Assembly: GCA_964016885.1 (NCBI GenBank)
Contig: OZ024747.1
Coordinates: forward strand, 19,964,001 to 20,028,000
Reading direction: 5' to 3'
Length of the DNA stretch: 64,000 bases
Origin: Eledone cirrhosa
Lineage: Eukaryota
The notes beneath the pieces are model-generated. The model had not been told where the DNA came from, made no database searches, and saw nothing but the letters and a program-made list of their open reading frames with translations. Each line of letters starts with the position of its first letter. The stretch's first letter is position 1. Shown in pieces: positions 43,485 through 55,896 of this stretch. Position numbers and translations under genes: made by a program.

Positions 43485-43803
43485 TTTGACACGAGAGTGC
43501 GAGAAAAGGAGAGGGAGAAAATTAACCGATACCAGGATTTAAAGTGTGAGTTAAAAAGGATATGGAACTGCCATGAAATCAAGGTCGTCCCGATTGTCAT
43601 AGGCGCACTAGATACTATCTCAAAGAGTTTCCAAGGATGGTTAAAGGAGCCCCGCTTGTTGGAACACTTCAAAAGGCATGCTTGCTGGGAACAGCAAGAA
43701 CTCTCCGATACATCCTGAATATCTGAGGCTGCACGTAGCAGCTTGATATTCATTTCAACAAACTTTCCAGTTAAATAACATCAATGACTGAGACTCAAAG
43801 AAC
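43485..43803 (+). mobile_element. R4/Dong LINE, 5'-truncated
   Basis: [14 protein letters not shown]...VVPIVIGAL plus the 3' UTR, flanked by (TAA)n. Confidence 0.9.
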
Positions 43804-43806
43804 AAC

Positions 43807-43852
<46 letters not shown>

Positions 43853-43855
<3 letters not shown>

Positions 43856-46800
43856 TTTTCTTTATTAACCACAAGGGTTTACATAAAGTAGACATTAAGG
43901 ACAGTACAGGACAATACAGGACGGTACAAATGGGCATTTCTGCGTGTAAAAAAAAATAGAGGATGTAATAAAAAATAACAATGAAAAATTCCCCAATAGG
44001 GGGGAGACTTCCGAGGGACATTTGTGGAGAAAGCCCATTAAAAGACCACAGTGACCCTGACCAGCAGGGCCAGTGCCCTCTCCCAGTTTTCCACCTTTAA
44101 TTTACAGACACATACTCAGAGTAGGCCCATTCACTCGGGCCATACTTGCTTCTCTCACCCATCTTTCAACAAAATGCTGGGAAGAGAGCACTTCCCTCTC
44201 TACCCTGATTTTCCTTTTCAAATGAAATTTGAAAAAGTTAATCAGGGCATCACCGAAGAGGTAAGTGTTCGTCTTCAGCCCTTTCAAACGTGTCCACCAT
44301 ACTATCTCTTTCGCAATGGCCACCAGACAAAACTGCCTGCCCTTCCTGGCTAAAGGAAGAGAAGGGGCAATCCTCACGATGGAATCAGCTGATAGCTGGA
44401 TCCGTCCTACACGTGACAGCAGGTGTTCGACATAAACCCACAAGTCAGCAATGCTCGGATACTGGACGAGTGCGTGCAGGACGGTTTCGTCGCCCTGCGC
44501 GCATCTCGGACATACCCGGCTGACGGCACCTCCATGTCTGTAGAGTTTATCCCGAACTGGCAAAGCTCCTCTGTAGCACTGCCAGGCCAGGGATTTCTGG
44601 AAGTTGTCCATAGGCCCCGGCCCGAAAGTCCTTCCGAAGAGATTGGCTTGTTGATTTTCGTCGACGCCTATAGTTTCTCCAAGTAAGTCGTCGGTCTTCC
44701 CCTCCACTAATATTCTATAGAACGCCAAGGTGGAGTTTCCACAGATCACATTGCCCGATTGGTCGAGGGCTGTGAGCGCCTGAAGATATTCCAGTCTCCA
44801 AGCGCTCCCTCTCGGTCTTCGCTTGACCCAGGACTGCAGCTCCGTCAAGGAGACGAGCTGGGGAAAGACGTGTCTAGCAAACGGCGACCACACCTGATCA
44901 CCGTCGAGGAAGAGGTGGAGATGTCGTAGCCTGAGCGCGAGTCTGCGCATCATCAGCCACGGCATGCCCAGCCCTCCACGTAGCGGGTGTTGATAGCAGA
45001 TGGACCGCCTGACCATCGGAGCTCGTCCCTTCCACAAAAAGCGAAAGAGCAAACGCTCCAGCGCAGTCAGGCGGGGCTTAAGACAAGGTACGACGGTCAG
45101 GCGGTAGTAGATGATGGACGCGATGTACGCGTTAGCCACCCCCGCTCGACCTTTCAGGGATAGCTTTCTCTCCGCCCATTTCTGGGTGAGAGAAGCCACC
45201 CTGCTCGTCACCTCGTCCCAGTTTTTGTCCGTCTGGAGGTCCGGACCGAAGCAGACACCTAGCAATTTAACTGGTCCGTCCGTCCAGCCCCGACGACGCT
45301 GTTGGACGGCATGGACCTGCCTCTCCAGGTGCCGAGCTGCAGGCCCACTGACTTTTCCTGGTTGATCATTGCTCCTGTCACCGCTTCGTATTCTCTTAGT
45401 GTAGTGCCGATCGCCTCGATGTGTTTGGCGTTCGACACCACTACGGTGACATCGTCCGCATATGCTGACACGGATCTTCCGCATCCTAGTTCGCGCGGGA
45501 CCACCCTCAACGTCTCCAGTTTGTGCAGTAATGGCTCGAGACTCAATACGTACAAGAGGGACGAGAGGGGACATCCTTGGCGGACCGAGCGCATGATGTT
45601 GAACGGTTCCGAAAGGTGACCGTTCACTCTCACCACAGAGCAGATGTCGCTGTGCATGGCAGCGATCCAGCCTCTGAAGACGGGTCCAAAGCCAGCCGCC
45701 CTCAGGACTGCCGCTAGGTAACGATGGTCGACCCTATCGAAAGCTTTCGACTGATCTAAATTGATGAAGGACCCACCCGTGCCAGGTTCCCTAGCTACCC
45801 TCTCTACGATGTATCGCATGAGGTGGAGGTTGTCGTGGATGGATCTGTCGGGAATGGCGCATGTCTGCGCCTCTCCCACCAGACCACCAACGACAAGCGC
45901 CAACATCTTTGCTAGCACCTTGGCCAAAATCTTGAATTCTGTGTTTAGCAGAGTTATGGGCCGGAAATATTCTATGTTACCCTCCTTGTTCGGATCCTTT
46001 CTCAGCAGATCGAGTAGCATGCACCCGTCGTCGTCCACCAAAGACCGGATCGTGGCTTTGTTGCCACGACGCGCCTCCGCCACTCGGGCCCATTGAACGG
46101 CTTTCGTCCCTTCGTGTCTGAGAGCACGCACCCTAAATATGACAACGCAGCCTTCGTGCTTTGCATTGAAGAATTGCTCAAGGGCCAATTTCGCCGCAAG
46201 TACGTCGGTCGCGATGCCTTTGCTAAGCGCCTCGTCTAATTTTCTAACTAATTCATCCTCTGCTCTATTTTTCTCTATTGATAAAGCCTTACTAAACCTA
46301 ATGGACTATATTTTAATTGCTCTTTTCAGAGCAAACCACCACTTGTTGTTGACGATGGCCCCCGTCAACGCTCGCTTAATTAGTTCGCTAATCCGGTCTC
46401 TGTAGGCCTTGCGCGCTGGTAAGGACGCGCTTAGCTTCCAGTAGCCTGGTCCTCGTCTATGAAGCCTAAGTCAAGCACACAGATCACGAATTTGTGATCC
46501 GTGTAGCTGACTATCTTGAATTGCGGACAGCCTATGTTAGACCTATCTATTTCCCTACAAAATACACTATCTAGATATGATCTGGATGACCGTATGCGAC
46601 TTGTCCAAGTCCACATTGGCACATTCGGGAAATCCAATCGGTACCTGTCAGACAGTTCAAAACGCCTGAGCAGGTTGGTGAGACTCTTGCACCCTCCTTC
46701 CCTATCCACTAATCCCACACATTCCCAGCGTGCATCTAAGATCCTGTTCCACTAACACTAAAGAGCGGGACCTTCCAAGAAAGGTCTCCAGACGCCGGAA

Positions 46801-49483
46801 GAAATCAGGCCGCCCTGCTCCTGTCGGGGCATAGACGGTCACTAGCCTGAAAGCTTGCCCGTCTCCTCTGGGTTCAGAAAGATGGCCCGTATGGCCAGAT
46901 CCAAACCTCTCCGAAAAAGCACAGCAACTCCTCCCCCCGATCCAGGACGGCTGGGAGATGCGTACACATCGTAGCCGCCGAAGATCGGTGCGAAGGCCCG
47001 TGCTTCGGAGATTCTGGTCTCGCTGATGCCACTACATCTATGTTTAGTGACCTGAGGTCGTTGAGCAGGTGGCCCTGCTTCCATGACGACCCCAGGCCAC
47101 GCGCATTTATGCTGCCTATTCTGAGTGAGGTCATGTTGAAATGGAGTTGAAAAGATGGGAAAGACCACTTACCGTACTTTTCGTAGAGGAAGGATGGTTT
47201 CTCCATCCCTTTTCACTTGATCGTCTGGTGAAGGGACCGTTGAATCGTCCCTTCGGCTGGTCGTCGGCTCTTCTATGAGTATGTCCGAATATACTCTCCG
47301 GTTGAGAGTCCCTCCCAGGTCTCTGAAATCACCAACTGCGTTGGGGAATTTCGTTTTAATGTTTGTGTATTGTTTCTGTGCTATTCTTACCAGTCTTATG
47401 TTCGTTGGTGTTTTGATTGGTGCTGGTATTATGTAGTCGTGCTGTGAAATGTCTGTGTGTTCAATTATGTAAGTCATTAGTTTCTTGTTGTGTGTATTTA
47501 TTGCCGTGCATTTGTTTTTCTGGGGTGTGGTTCTGCTATTTTCTTGTCGTTGTTGCTGGGTGTGTGTGTTTTATTGTTGTGTTTGCGATGTTGGTTCTTG
47601 CGGTGGTGGTGTTGAAGGTGTTGTTGTTGTTGGCGGTGGGGTTGTCGCCGGTGGTGATGGTGGTGCTAGTGTGGGTGGTGATGGTGTTGGTGGTGTTGCT
47701 GCTGTGAGTCTCTTTGCAGTAGCCTTTACCCTTTTTTCATTTCTTTCCTCCCTTTTCGAAGGCGACGATGCGCTACTTCTGCGTTTGTGCCTTCTTGCGA
47801 CCTTTTCCCATCCCTCTCCCACCTCACACTCCATGGCTGATTCTGTTGTTGGTGATGTTTGCAGTGGAGTCTCAGTTGGAGCTGCAGTTGGTATTACTGT
47901 TGTTGTTAATACTTCCACTGCTGCTGCTGTTCTCGATTTCCGTGGCGTGGGTATGGGTGCCATGGACCTATCGTTCCTGGTTGCCGCTTGTCCTGTTGCT
48001 GGTAGTAGTGGAGCCGGTTTCGGAAGGAGGGGGTTTGTCTCCTTTCTCAGGGTCTTCTCGTTGCAGAAGGCCCTGAGGTGAGTCTTCGATCCACAGCGAA
48101 AGCATTTCGGCGTTTGCCCTCAACGCTTATGGGCAGTTGAGTGCCGTTATCGAAGTCTATCATATCCGGGATAGCTTCGATGCACTCCTGGTTGGTTTGG
48201 ATTAACATCTCAATGGAGGTGCCGACACAATCTCCTCTTACTCTTTTCTGTACTTGCAGTACAGTTGTTTTTTCCTCGATTCCGACGAGGACAGACGCGG
48301 CCAGCCAAGAAGGGGCCATCCCGGGGGGGGGGGGGGGCGTGGGTCAGTTTGACCCTCACAATTTTTTGCCCGCAGTAGGAGGGCACCAACACCATTTCCT
48401 CGCTCCTTAGGGTCACTAAGGATTGAGCCTTTGCCTCCTGGGGTGTGGCAAAAAGCACGTCTACAGTGGCATATTTCTTGCCTCGGGTGATATGCGTTTT
48501 CCGCTGCCACACAGACCCTAAGGCTTTTTGTATTTGAGCCTCTGTGACTCTTTCAACCCTACGGGATTTTGTGCTTACTGTACGGTACGTGACCGTACAG
48601 TGCTGTTGGGTTTCGAAAAATTTTTCGGCTGCCTTGCAGATTGCTCGGTGTTCGGTTTTCGTCACCATCTTCTTCGCTTCCTGTAATTCCTCATTTGTTA
48701 CGAGGATGGTTTCCAGGTTCTTTGCGATACCTGCAAACGAGATTGGTTCTTCTTTGCTGCTGTTGTTGTTGTCGTCAGAGCTGCTGTTACTTTTTTTGTT
48801 GCTGCAGTACTACGACTACTGCTGCCGCCGCTGTTGCTGTGGTTGTTGTTGTTGTTGTTGTTGCTGCTGCTGCTGTTGTTGCTGTTGTGCTAATGCTGTT
48901 GTTGTTTATGCTGCTGCTGATGCTGTTGCGGCTGCTACTGTTGTTTTCCTTGTCACTGTTGCTGCTGCTCGTGTTATTACGGCTGCTACTGCTTTTATTC
49001 ATGACATCAGACGAATGAAATGGGTTTTCGTATTTACCGCACACCTTTTTCGTCGTTGTCGTCGTCGTGGAGAAATATTCCATGTTTTGCACGTGATTTT
49101 GGAAACTATTTTTCTTTACTGGCGTCGCTTGCGAAAGAGAAGGGAGGGAGAGAGACACATTTAGAGAAGGGAGGGAGAGAGACAATCTTCTCTCTGCTGT
49201 AGTGACGATTGAGGAAGAAGAAGACGGAATGAGTGGGAGTGACTTGTGAAAATTCTTTTTTGTAGCCATGTTTTTTTTAATTTAAAATAAATATTGGGCA
49301 CAAAACCCCAATAAGCGGTTATTTAACCCCGAAGTGCCAAATAATGGGCAGAAAGACCCCTCTCACGAGGAGGAGGGTGTTTTTGTCTACAATTTGGTTA
49401 AAGTTTTAAACAATTTACAATTGTTATAGCGGTCAAAATTTACAATACCTTACAGAGCCGAGCCTCCGTCAACCATGGCATTC
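43853..49483 (-). mobile_element. Second Tx1/L1-clade LINE (diverged subfamily), near full length with internal deletions
   Basis: ORF1 fragments at 47169-49269. ORF2 at 44102-47134 has SINARGL, TDHK, FRPITLLN, RQGCPLS, AYADD and CPRC. About 100 codons before RT are missing relative to copy 1. (TTA)n on both flanks in element sense. Confidence 0.92.
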
Positions 49484-49510
<27 letters not shown>

Positions 49511-49514
<4 letters not shown>

Positions 49515-49573
49515 CTTTCTTTATTGGCCACAAAGGCTAATATGAAGGAAAACATTACAGACGGCACAGGACG

Positions 49574-49576
<3 letters not shown>
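49511..49576 (-). mobile_element. Extremely 5'-truncated Tx1 3' end
   Basis: aatgctttctttattggccacaaagg resembles aatgttttctttattaaccacaaggg at 43852, and lies between (AAT)n tracts. Confidence 0.65.
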
Positions 49577-49636
<60 letters not shown>

Positions 49637-49655
49637 TAATAATAATAATAATAAT

Positions 49656-51614
49656 AACTATAGACCTATCACATGTCTGCCCGTAATGTGGAAACTGTTG
49701 ACGAGCATTGTGTCTGAGGAAATCTACCATCACCTCCACACAAACAACTTGTTGCCGGACGAACAGAAAGGATGCCGAAAGAAGTCACGTGGTACAAAGG
49801 ACCAGTTGCTTATTGATAAGATGGTAATGGGGAATTGCAGGAGGAGACACACTGATCTTGCCATGGGATGGATAGACTACAAAAAGGCATTTGACAAGGT
49901 GCCTCATTCTTGGATCACCAAAAGCCTGGAGATCTTCAGGGTGGCAGATAACATCAGACAGTTGCTGGGCAGGAGTATGGGGTCCTGGGAGACAGAGTTG
50001 ACATCAACTGGAGTATCCTTGGGAAGCGTGAAGATCAAGAGAGGTATCTTCCAGGGAGATAGCCTGTCCCCTCTGTTGTTTGTCCTTGCCCTGATGCCCT
50101 TGACCATTATGCTGCGAAAAGTGAGAGCAGGATACAAGTTGGGAAGGGGAGAGCTTACCATCAATCACCTCCTCTTCATGGACGATCTTAAGCTCTTCGG
50201 GAAAAGTGAGAAGGAGTTGGATGTGCTTGTTGACACTGTCCGTATTTTCAGCAGTGATATATGTATGCAGTTTGGTATTGGTAAATGTGGAGTCATTGTG
50301 ATGAGGAGGGGTAGGTTGAGCAGAAGTAACGGGATCCAGATACCAACAGGTGAGATGATAAAGGAAATTGACTCTGAGGAAGGATACAAGTATTTGGGCG
50401 TTCTGGAGGCTGATGGCATAAAGAACAAAAAAATGAAGGAATTGTTAAGAACTGAATACATTCGGAGAGTAAGGAGCGTATTGAAGTCACATCTGAACAG
50501 CAGAAATGCCATAAGCGCAGTAAATTCCCGAGCTGTGTCTATTATTAGGTACAGTGCGGGAATTCTGAGATGGAATGTTGCTGAACAAAAAGAAATGGAT
50601 AGGAAGACTAGGAAGCTATTGACTATCTACAACATGTTCCACAAGAGGAGTGATGTCGATAGACTCTACCTAAGGAGATCTGAGGGTGGAAGAGGTCTTA
50701 TCAGCATAGAGGACTGTGTTCAGATGGAGAAAAACAACCTATACAAATACGTGACCTATAGTAAGGAGCCAATGCTCAGAGCTGTACTGAAGGAGGGGAC
50801 AGTAGGCCAGGGGATACCCAAGGAGGAAATAACATCAAGGAGGAAGAGCAGCCTTAAGGGAAAATCCCTTCATAGTACCTTCTTTGAGAAAACTGAATTT
50901 AGAGATCCACAGACATGGAACTGGTTGAGAAGAGGAGACCTCAAAAAGGCTACAGAAGGAATGCTAATGGCTGCGCAGGAGCAGGCCCTCAAAACGAAGT
51001 GGTTGAAGCACCATATCTACAAGGAGGAGGCTATCCCACTGTGCAGGATCTGTGGAGAGAGAGAGGAGACTGTGGCTCACATTGTGTCCGAGTGTAAACA
51101 CCTAGCCCAGACCCACTATAAGGGCTGGAGACACGATGTGATGGGCAGGGTGATCCACTGGCACCTGTGCAAAGTAAACAATCTACCACATTCTGAGAAA
51201 TGGTATGAGCATAGGCCAGAGGCGGTGATGGAGAACAGTCAGGTGAAGGTGCTGTGGGATTTTAGGATACAGACGGACAAAAAACTGGAACACAATAGAC
51301 CTGACCTGGTGGTTGTGGACAAAGAAAAAAGATCGTGCCTGATTGTGGATGTGGCCTGCCCGTTCGACACGAGAGTGCAAGAGAAGGAGAGGGAGAAAAT
51401 TAACCGATACCAGGACCTAAAGTGGGAGGTGAAAAGGATTTGGAACTGCCATGAAGTCAAAGTGATCCCGATTGTCATAGGCGCACTGGGGACTATCTCC
51501 AAAGGTTTCCAGGGATGGTTAAAGAAAATCGGCCCCTTCACGCTTTTTGGAACGCTTCAAAAGGCATGCTTGCTTGGAACGGCAAGAACCCTCCGATACG
51601 TCCTGAATATCTGA
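49656..51614 (+). CDS. R4/Dong LINE RT-Zn-RLE coding region: uninterrupted frame, 5'-truncated
   Basis: About 650 open codons from YRPITCL to LRYVLNI, with [22 protein letters not shown] and RPD..D..EK motifs. The annotated start at 49512 is read-through from (AAT)n. Confidence 0.9.
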   Translation, partial: NYRPITCLPVMWKLLTSIVSEEIYHHLHTNNLLPDEQKGCRKKSRGTKDQLLIDKMVMGNCRRRHTDLAMGWIDYKKAFDKVPHSWITKSLEIFRVADNIRQLLGRSMGSWETELTSTGVSLGSVKIKRGIFQGDSLSPLLFVLALMPLTIMLRKVRAGYKLGRGELTINHLLFMDDLKLFGKSEKELDVLVDTVRIFSSDICMQFGIGKCGVIVMRRGRLSRSNGIQIPTGEMIKEIDSEEGYKYLGVLEADGIKNKKMKELLRTEYIRRVRSVLKSHLNSRNAISAVNSRAVSIIRYSAGILRWNVAEQKEMDRKTRKLLTIYNMFHKRSDVDRLYLRRSEGGRGLISIEDCVQMEKNNLYKYVTYSKEPMLRAVLKEGTVGQGIPKEEITSRRKSSLKGKSLHSTFFEKTEFRDPQTWNWLRRGDLKKATEGMLMAAQEQALKTKWLKHHIYKEEAIPLCRICGEREETVAHIVSECKHLAQTHYKGWRHDVMGRVIHWHLCKVNNLPHSEKWYEHRPEAVMENSQVKVLWDFRIQTDKKLEHNRPDLVVVDKEKRSCLIVDVACPFDTRVQEKEREKINRYQDLKWEVKRIWNCHEVKVIPIVIGALGTISKGFQGWLKKIGPFTLFGTLQKACLLGTARTLRYVLNI

Positions 51615-51692
51615 GGCTGCAGGTAGTGGCTTGATATTCAATCCAACGGACTTTCCAGTTAACCAACATCAATGACTGTGATTCAAGGAATA
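49656..51692 (+). mobile_element. R4/Dong LINE, young 5'-truncated copy
   Basis: Intact frame plus a 3' UTR of about 75 bp, with (TAA)n on both sides. Confidence 0.95.
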
Positions 51693-51700
51693 ACAATAAC

Positions 51701-51731
<31 letters not shown>

Positions 51732-51936
51732 TCCACTCGTCAGAATTGATTCCAAGATGTCGCTGTTACTTCCTCGAACAATAATAATGACAACGTTCGA
51801 AAATGAAACATGAACGAAAGTAAGCAGGTGAAAAGGTGAATACGGGGAGGAAAAATAGAAGAACATTTCAAATGATATGAAATTTCATATTTAAAGGTCA
51901 AAAGCAAAAATAAGACTGAACGATAGAATAAAAGTA

Positions 51937-52109
<173 letters not shown>

Positions 52110-52162
52110 TATATACATATATATATTGTTCTCGGTATGGTGAACTAACTGTTGTGCAACCA

Positions 52163-52247
<85 letters not shown>

Positions 52248-54005
52248 AAGAGGCATTTGTGAATGCGCGTGTGTGAGCTTAACGCACTGCGGAAATGAGC
52301 TTAAATATCCCCTGAGGTTTGTTTGCAAAGTGAGTGGTTAAAATAAATATTGAAATAAATAAGTATACATATATTTTAAAAGATAGATGAAATTTGATAA
52401 AATGGAATAAATATTTATTGCTTTTTTCCTATATATATATTTTTTTTAAATGAAAGTGTTTTAAAAGAAATTTCATTTTTTCTTGCAAAAGTAATCTAGT
52501 GCTAATAGCAATGTAGTGTATGTCAGTTAGAGAGTAGGGGTTATTTTACAGGTTATGTTATATCTCCTTGAACTTAATAGAAATGCATATATCCTACAGG
52601 CTGTTTGGGTTATAACAGAAAAGCGAATATGATGCAATTGTTTATAGTGTTCTTTTTCATGTTATTTAAGTGAGAGTTACGCAGATTATAGTATGCTGCT
52701 AAGTTATAATAGACCGATACATCAACAATGTATACTTTTGACTGTAAAATAGTTCAGTCATTCCCCTGAGCAAATAATTCAAAATTTAAGTGTTTAATCC
52801 TTAATTTCCTGCAATCATGTAACCCTATAAATGAGAGATTCAAGCAAATGCCGCGATCTATTTTATCTTTCCAATTCCGTATATCACACTTTATAGTATT
52901 CGAATTTATGTAATTTTCCAATTCAAGTTATTTCCCTTAGACGATTGTATTTTGAATAATCTTGAGAATGATATCTGTAATATATATTCGGAAGAATGAA
53001 TCGAAGTTAGCACTTATCAAGTTTTCCATTGGCTGTCGTCATTCTGCCTATGAATATGAAGTATCATATTACCTCATGTAACGTTTCATGTTAATCTTTT
53101 TTTAAAAGAACTTGATTGTATACATTGTATGTAGTATTTGGTACATTTTAAATTGTGCCAACAGGGGATTTAAGACCTCCCCAACTTAAGTACGATAAAA
53201 TAAGTAGATGTTAAGCTTAGTACAGCTTTAGTTGCAGATACGATGGTATAAATAAAGAAACTCAAAATGATGAGGAGGCATAAAAGAGCAAAGATAGAGC
53301 CTTCCAGTGAAAGTTTCACTAGATTGATGTTTCAGAATGAGAGTAAACCACAAGGAAATTCAGTGTGACAGAGTATGTGACGAGTCAGGACATTTGAATT
53401 ATCAGTATAACTTATTGTTGATAGGTAAATGATTTGGAGTAACATAAAATAAAGTATCTTGCTTAAGAACACGAAAATACACTGCAAATCAAACTCACAA
53501 CCTTACGCTTGCAAGCCGAAAACCCTAGATACTAAGCCACGCACAATCAAACAAGTACAATACATTTTAGATGGTCGACAGGAATTGAAACCGTTTTCCC
53601 AATGTTTCATTCCATAATATAGATACGTTTCAAAATAATGTTTTATCATGTATTACTGATGTCACTCTAATAGTATAGTGAATGTCTCCGATTTGGGATG
53701 GATATGTAACAAATAAACATTGAGAAAAGCTTCCTGTTCTGTATAGAATATCAGTGTCAGTAAATGTTGACCCGCCAAATATTTAGTTTTAAACTGTAAG
53801 CAAATGGGGTTTATAACATAGTGCTTTACTTAGAGGTACAACAAATACCTTCCATAGATGATAGAAATTCACAATTCAAAATTTACAAACTCATTACATA
53901 ATCCATTTAACTATAGAATTGTTTATATCTATAAATGAAAACAGATATCGCCGTGAGATTAAGCTGTCTATTTTCTAGCTCTCTAGAACATGTTTGAAGT
54001 TCCCT

Positions 54006-54066
<61 letters not shown>

Positions 54067-54070
<4 letters not shown>

Positions 54071-54733
54071 ACTAGAAATTGATTAACATATAAATAAACA
54101 TGAATAATCACAGGAGATAATTTTTACAAGTGTGTAAGCACACATAGCTAGGTAGGTGACAAAATAAAGTTAACCAGAACTTCAAAAATAGATACCTTAT
54201 AATATGATTAATCTTCCCTGTATATATTCCATTAAAGAAATATATTTCACCAATTAATCGAATGGTAAACCATGGAGGCCGGTACTTGGATTTTCAACAA
54301 GGAAGAAGTCCAGCGATCTATGTTTACACTTCAAGTTCAAATCAGCGACTTGATTTGAACTTGAAGTGTAAACATAGATCGCTGGACTTCTTCCTTGTTG
54401 AAAATCCAAGTACCGGCCTCCATGGTTTACCATTCGATTAATTGGTGAAATATATTTCTTTAATGGAATATATACAGGGAAGATTAATCATATTATAAGG
54501 TATCTATTTTTGAAGTTCTGGTTAACTTTATTTAGTTACCTACCTAGCTATGTGTGCTTACACACTTGTAAAAATTATCTCCTGTGATTATTCATGTTTA
54601 TTTATATGTTAATCAATTTCTAGTTATAAAATGCTCGGACCTATTCGTTAGAATCTTAGAGCTTATTTTGCGGGTGATATGGCGCATGTCTTTCTGGCAT
54701 GACACCCATCATTTTGATTATCTTAATTTTGTA
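54067..54733 (+). repeat. Long palindrome (278-bp arms, 6-bp loop) with a tail, in (AT)n
   Basis: 54067-54344 is the reverse complement of 54351-54628. I found no canonical hammerhead core. Confidence 0.92.
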
Positions 54734-54759
54734 TATATATATATATATATATATATATT

Positions 54760-54868
<109 letters not shown>

Positions 54869-54924
54869 GTATATAAACATATATATATATGGATGTATGT
54901 TGCAACACAAATATATATATATAT

Positions 54925-55859
54925 AAATTTAGTCCTTCATCGGTGATCTTCCAGCCTTCATTGGTATTTTATCGCTTTAAAGACCATATACCTCTGGTTG
55001 GTGCGAGCAACGGCTAAAGAAAGTTGTTGGGCACGTAAATAGGGGGTCCCAACGACTTTCTTTAGCCGTTGCTCGCACCAACCAGAGGTATATGATCTTT
55101 AAAGCGATGAAATACCAATGAAGGCTGGAAGATCACTGATGAAGGACTAAATTTATTCATATATTCATATGTAACCCATTTGCAACCACGCAGCACGCCA
55201 TGTTTTCATATTTTTCATATATATTTTCCTCCGCTATGACCCGTTTGTTTCTTTCTTACTGCTTCCTCTTTTCTCTGTATCTCTCACTTCCTTTTACCCC
55301 CTCCACCAGCCACTCTCTCTGTTAACATCTTCCTCACACTTTCACTCACTCACTCTCTACTACTCCATCTCCTATTTCCTCCCGTTTGACCTGTGCGAGA
55401 TTCATTCCTCACTCACACTTCAACCAGGTCGGATGGTCATTATTCTCTCTCGTCTACGATTTCACAGAACTTATGTTCATCAATTTCAGGGACTTGACTC
55501 CTTCTTCCTCCCATTTGACCTGTGCGAAATTCTTTCCTTACTCACATTTCGACCAGGTTTGATGGTCTTTATTCTATCTAATCCACGATATCACAGAACT
55601 TATGTTCATCGATTTCAGTGACTTGACTTCTTCTTCCTCACTTTTCGTTGCATTACCATCTTTGTTTGTTTACTGTCTCGCTCGTTTCCCCTATTTACGT
55701 GTCCCAAAGACTTTCTTTGCCCGTTGCTCGCACCAACCAGAGGTATATGGTCTTTAAAGAGATGAAATACCAATGAAGGCTGGAAGATCACTGATGAAGG
55801 ACTAAATTTATTCATATGTAACCCATTTGCAACCACGCAGCACGCCATGTTTTCATATT

Positions 55860-55870
<11 letters not shown>
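54925..55870 (+). mobile_element. Non-coding mini PLE: inverted partial pLTR, pLTR, internal region, pLTR
   Basis: 54925-55031 is inverted relative to 55048-55155. 55048-55222 is directly repeated at about 55703-55866. There is an internal duplication of about 125 bp (55375-55500 and 55500-55625), with (AT)n flanks. Confidence 0.75.

Positions 55871-55896
<26 letters not shown>

Noticed and set aside
49512-49655. N-terminal extension with poly-Asn on the 700-aa ORF
   Set aside because: It derives from an antisense Tx1 tail fragment plus the (AAT)n target, not from the R4 protein.
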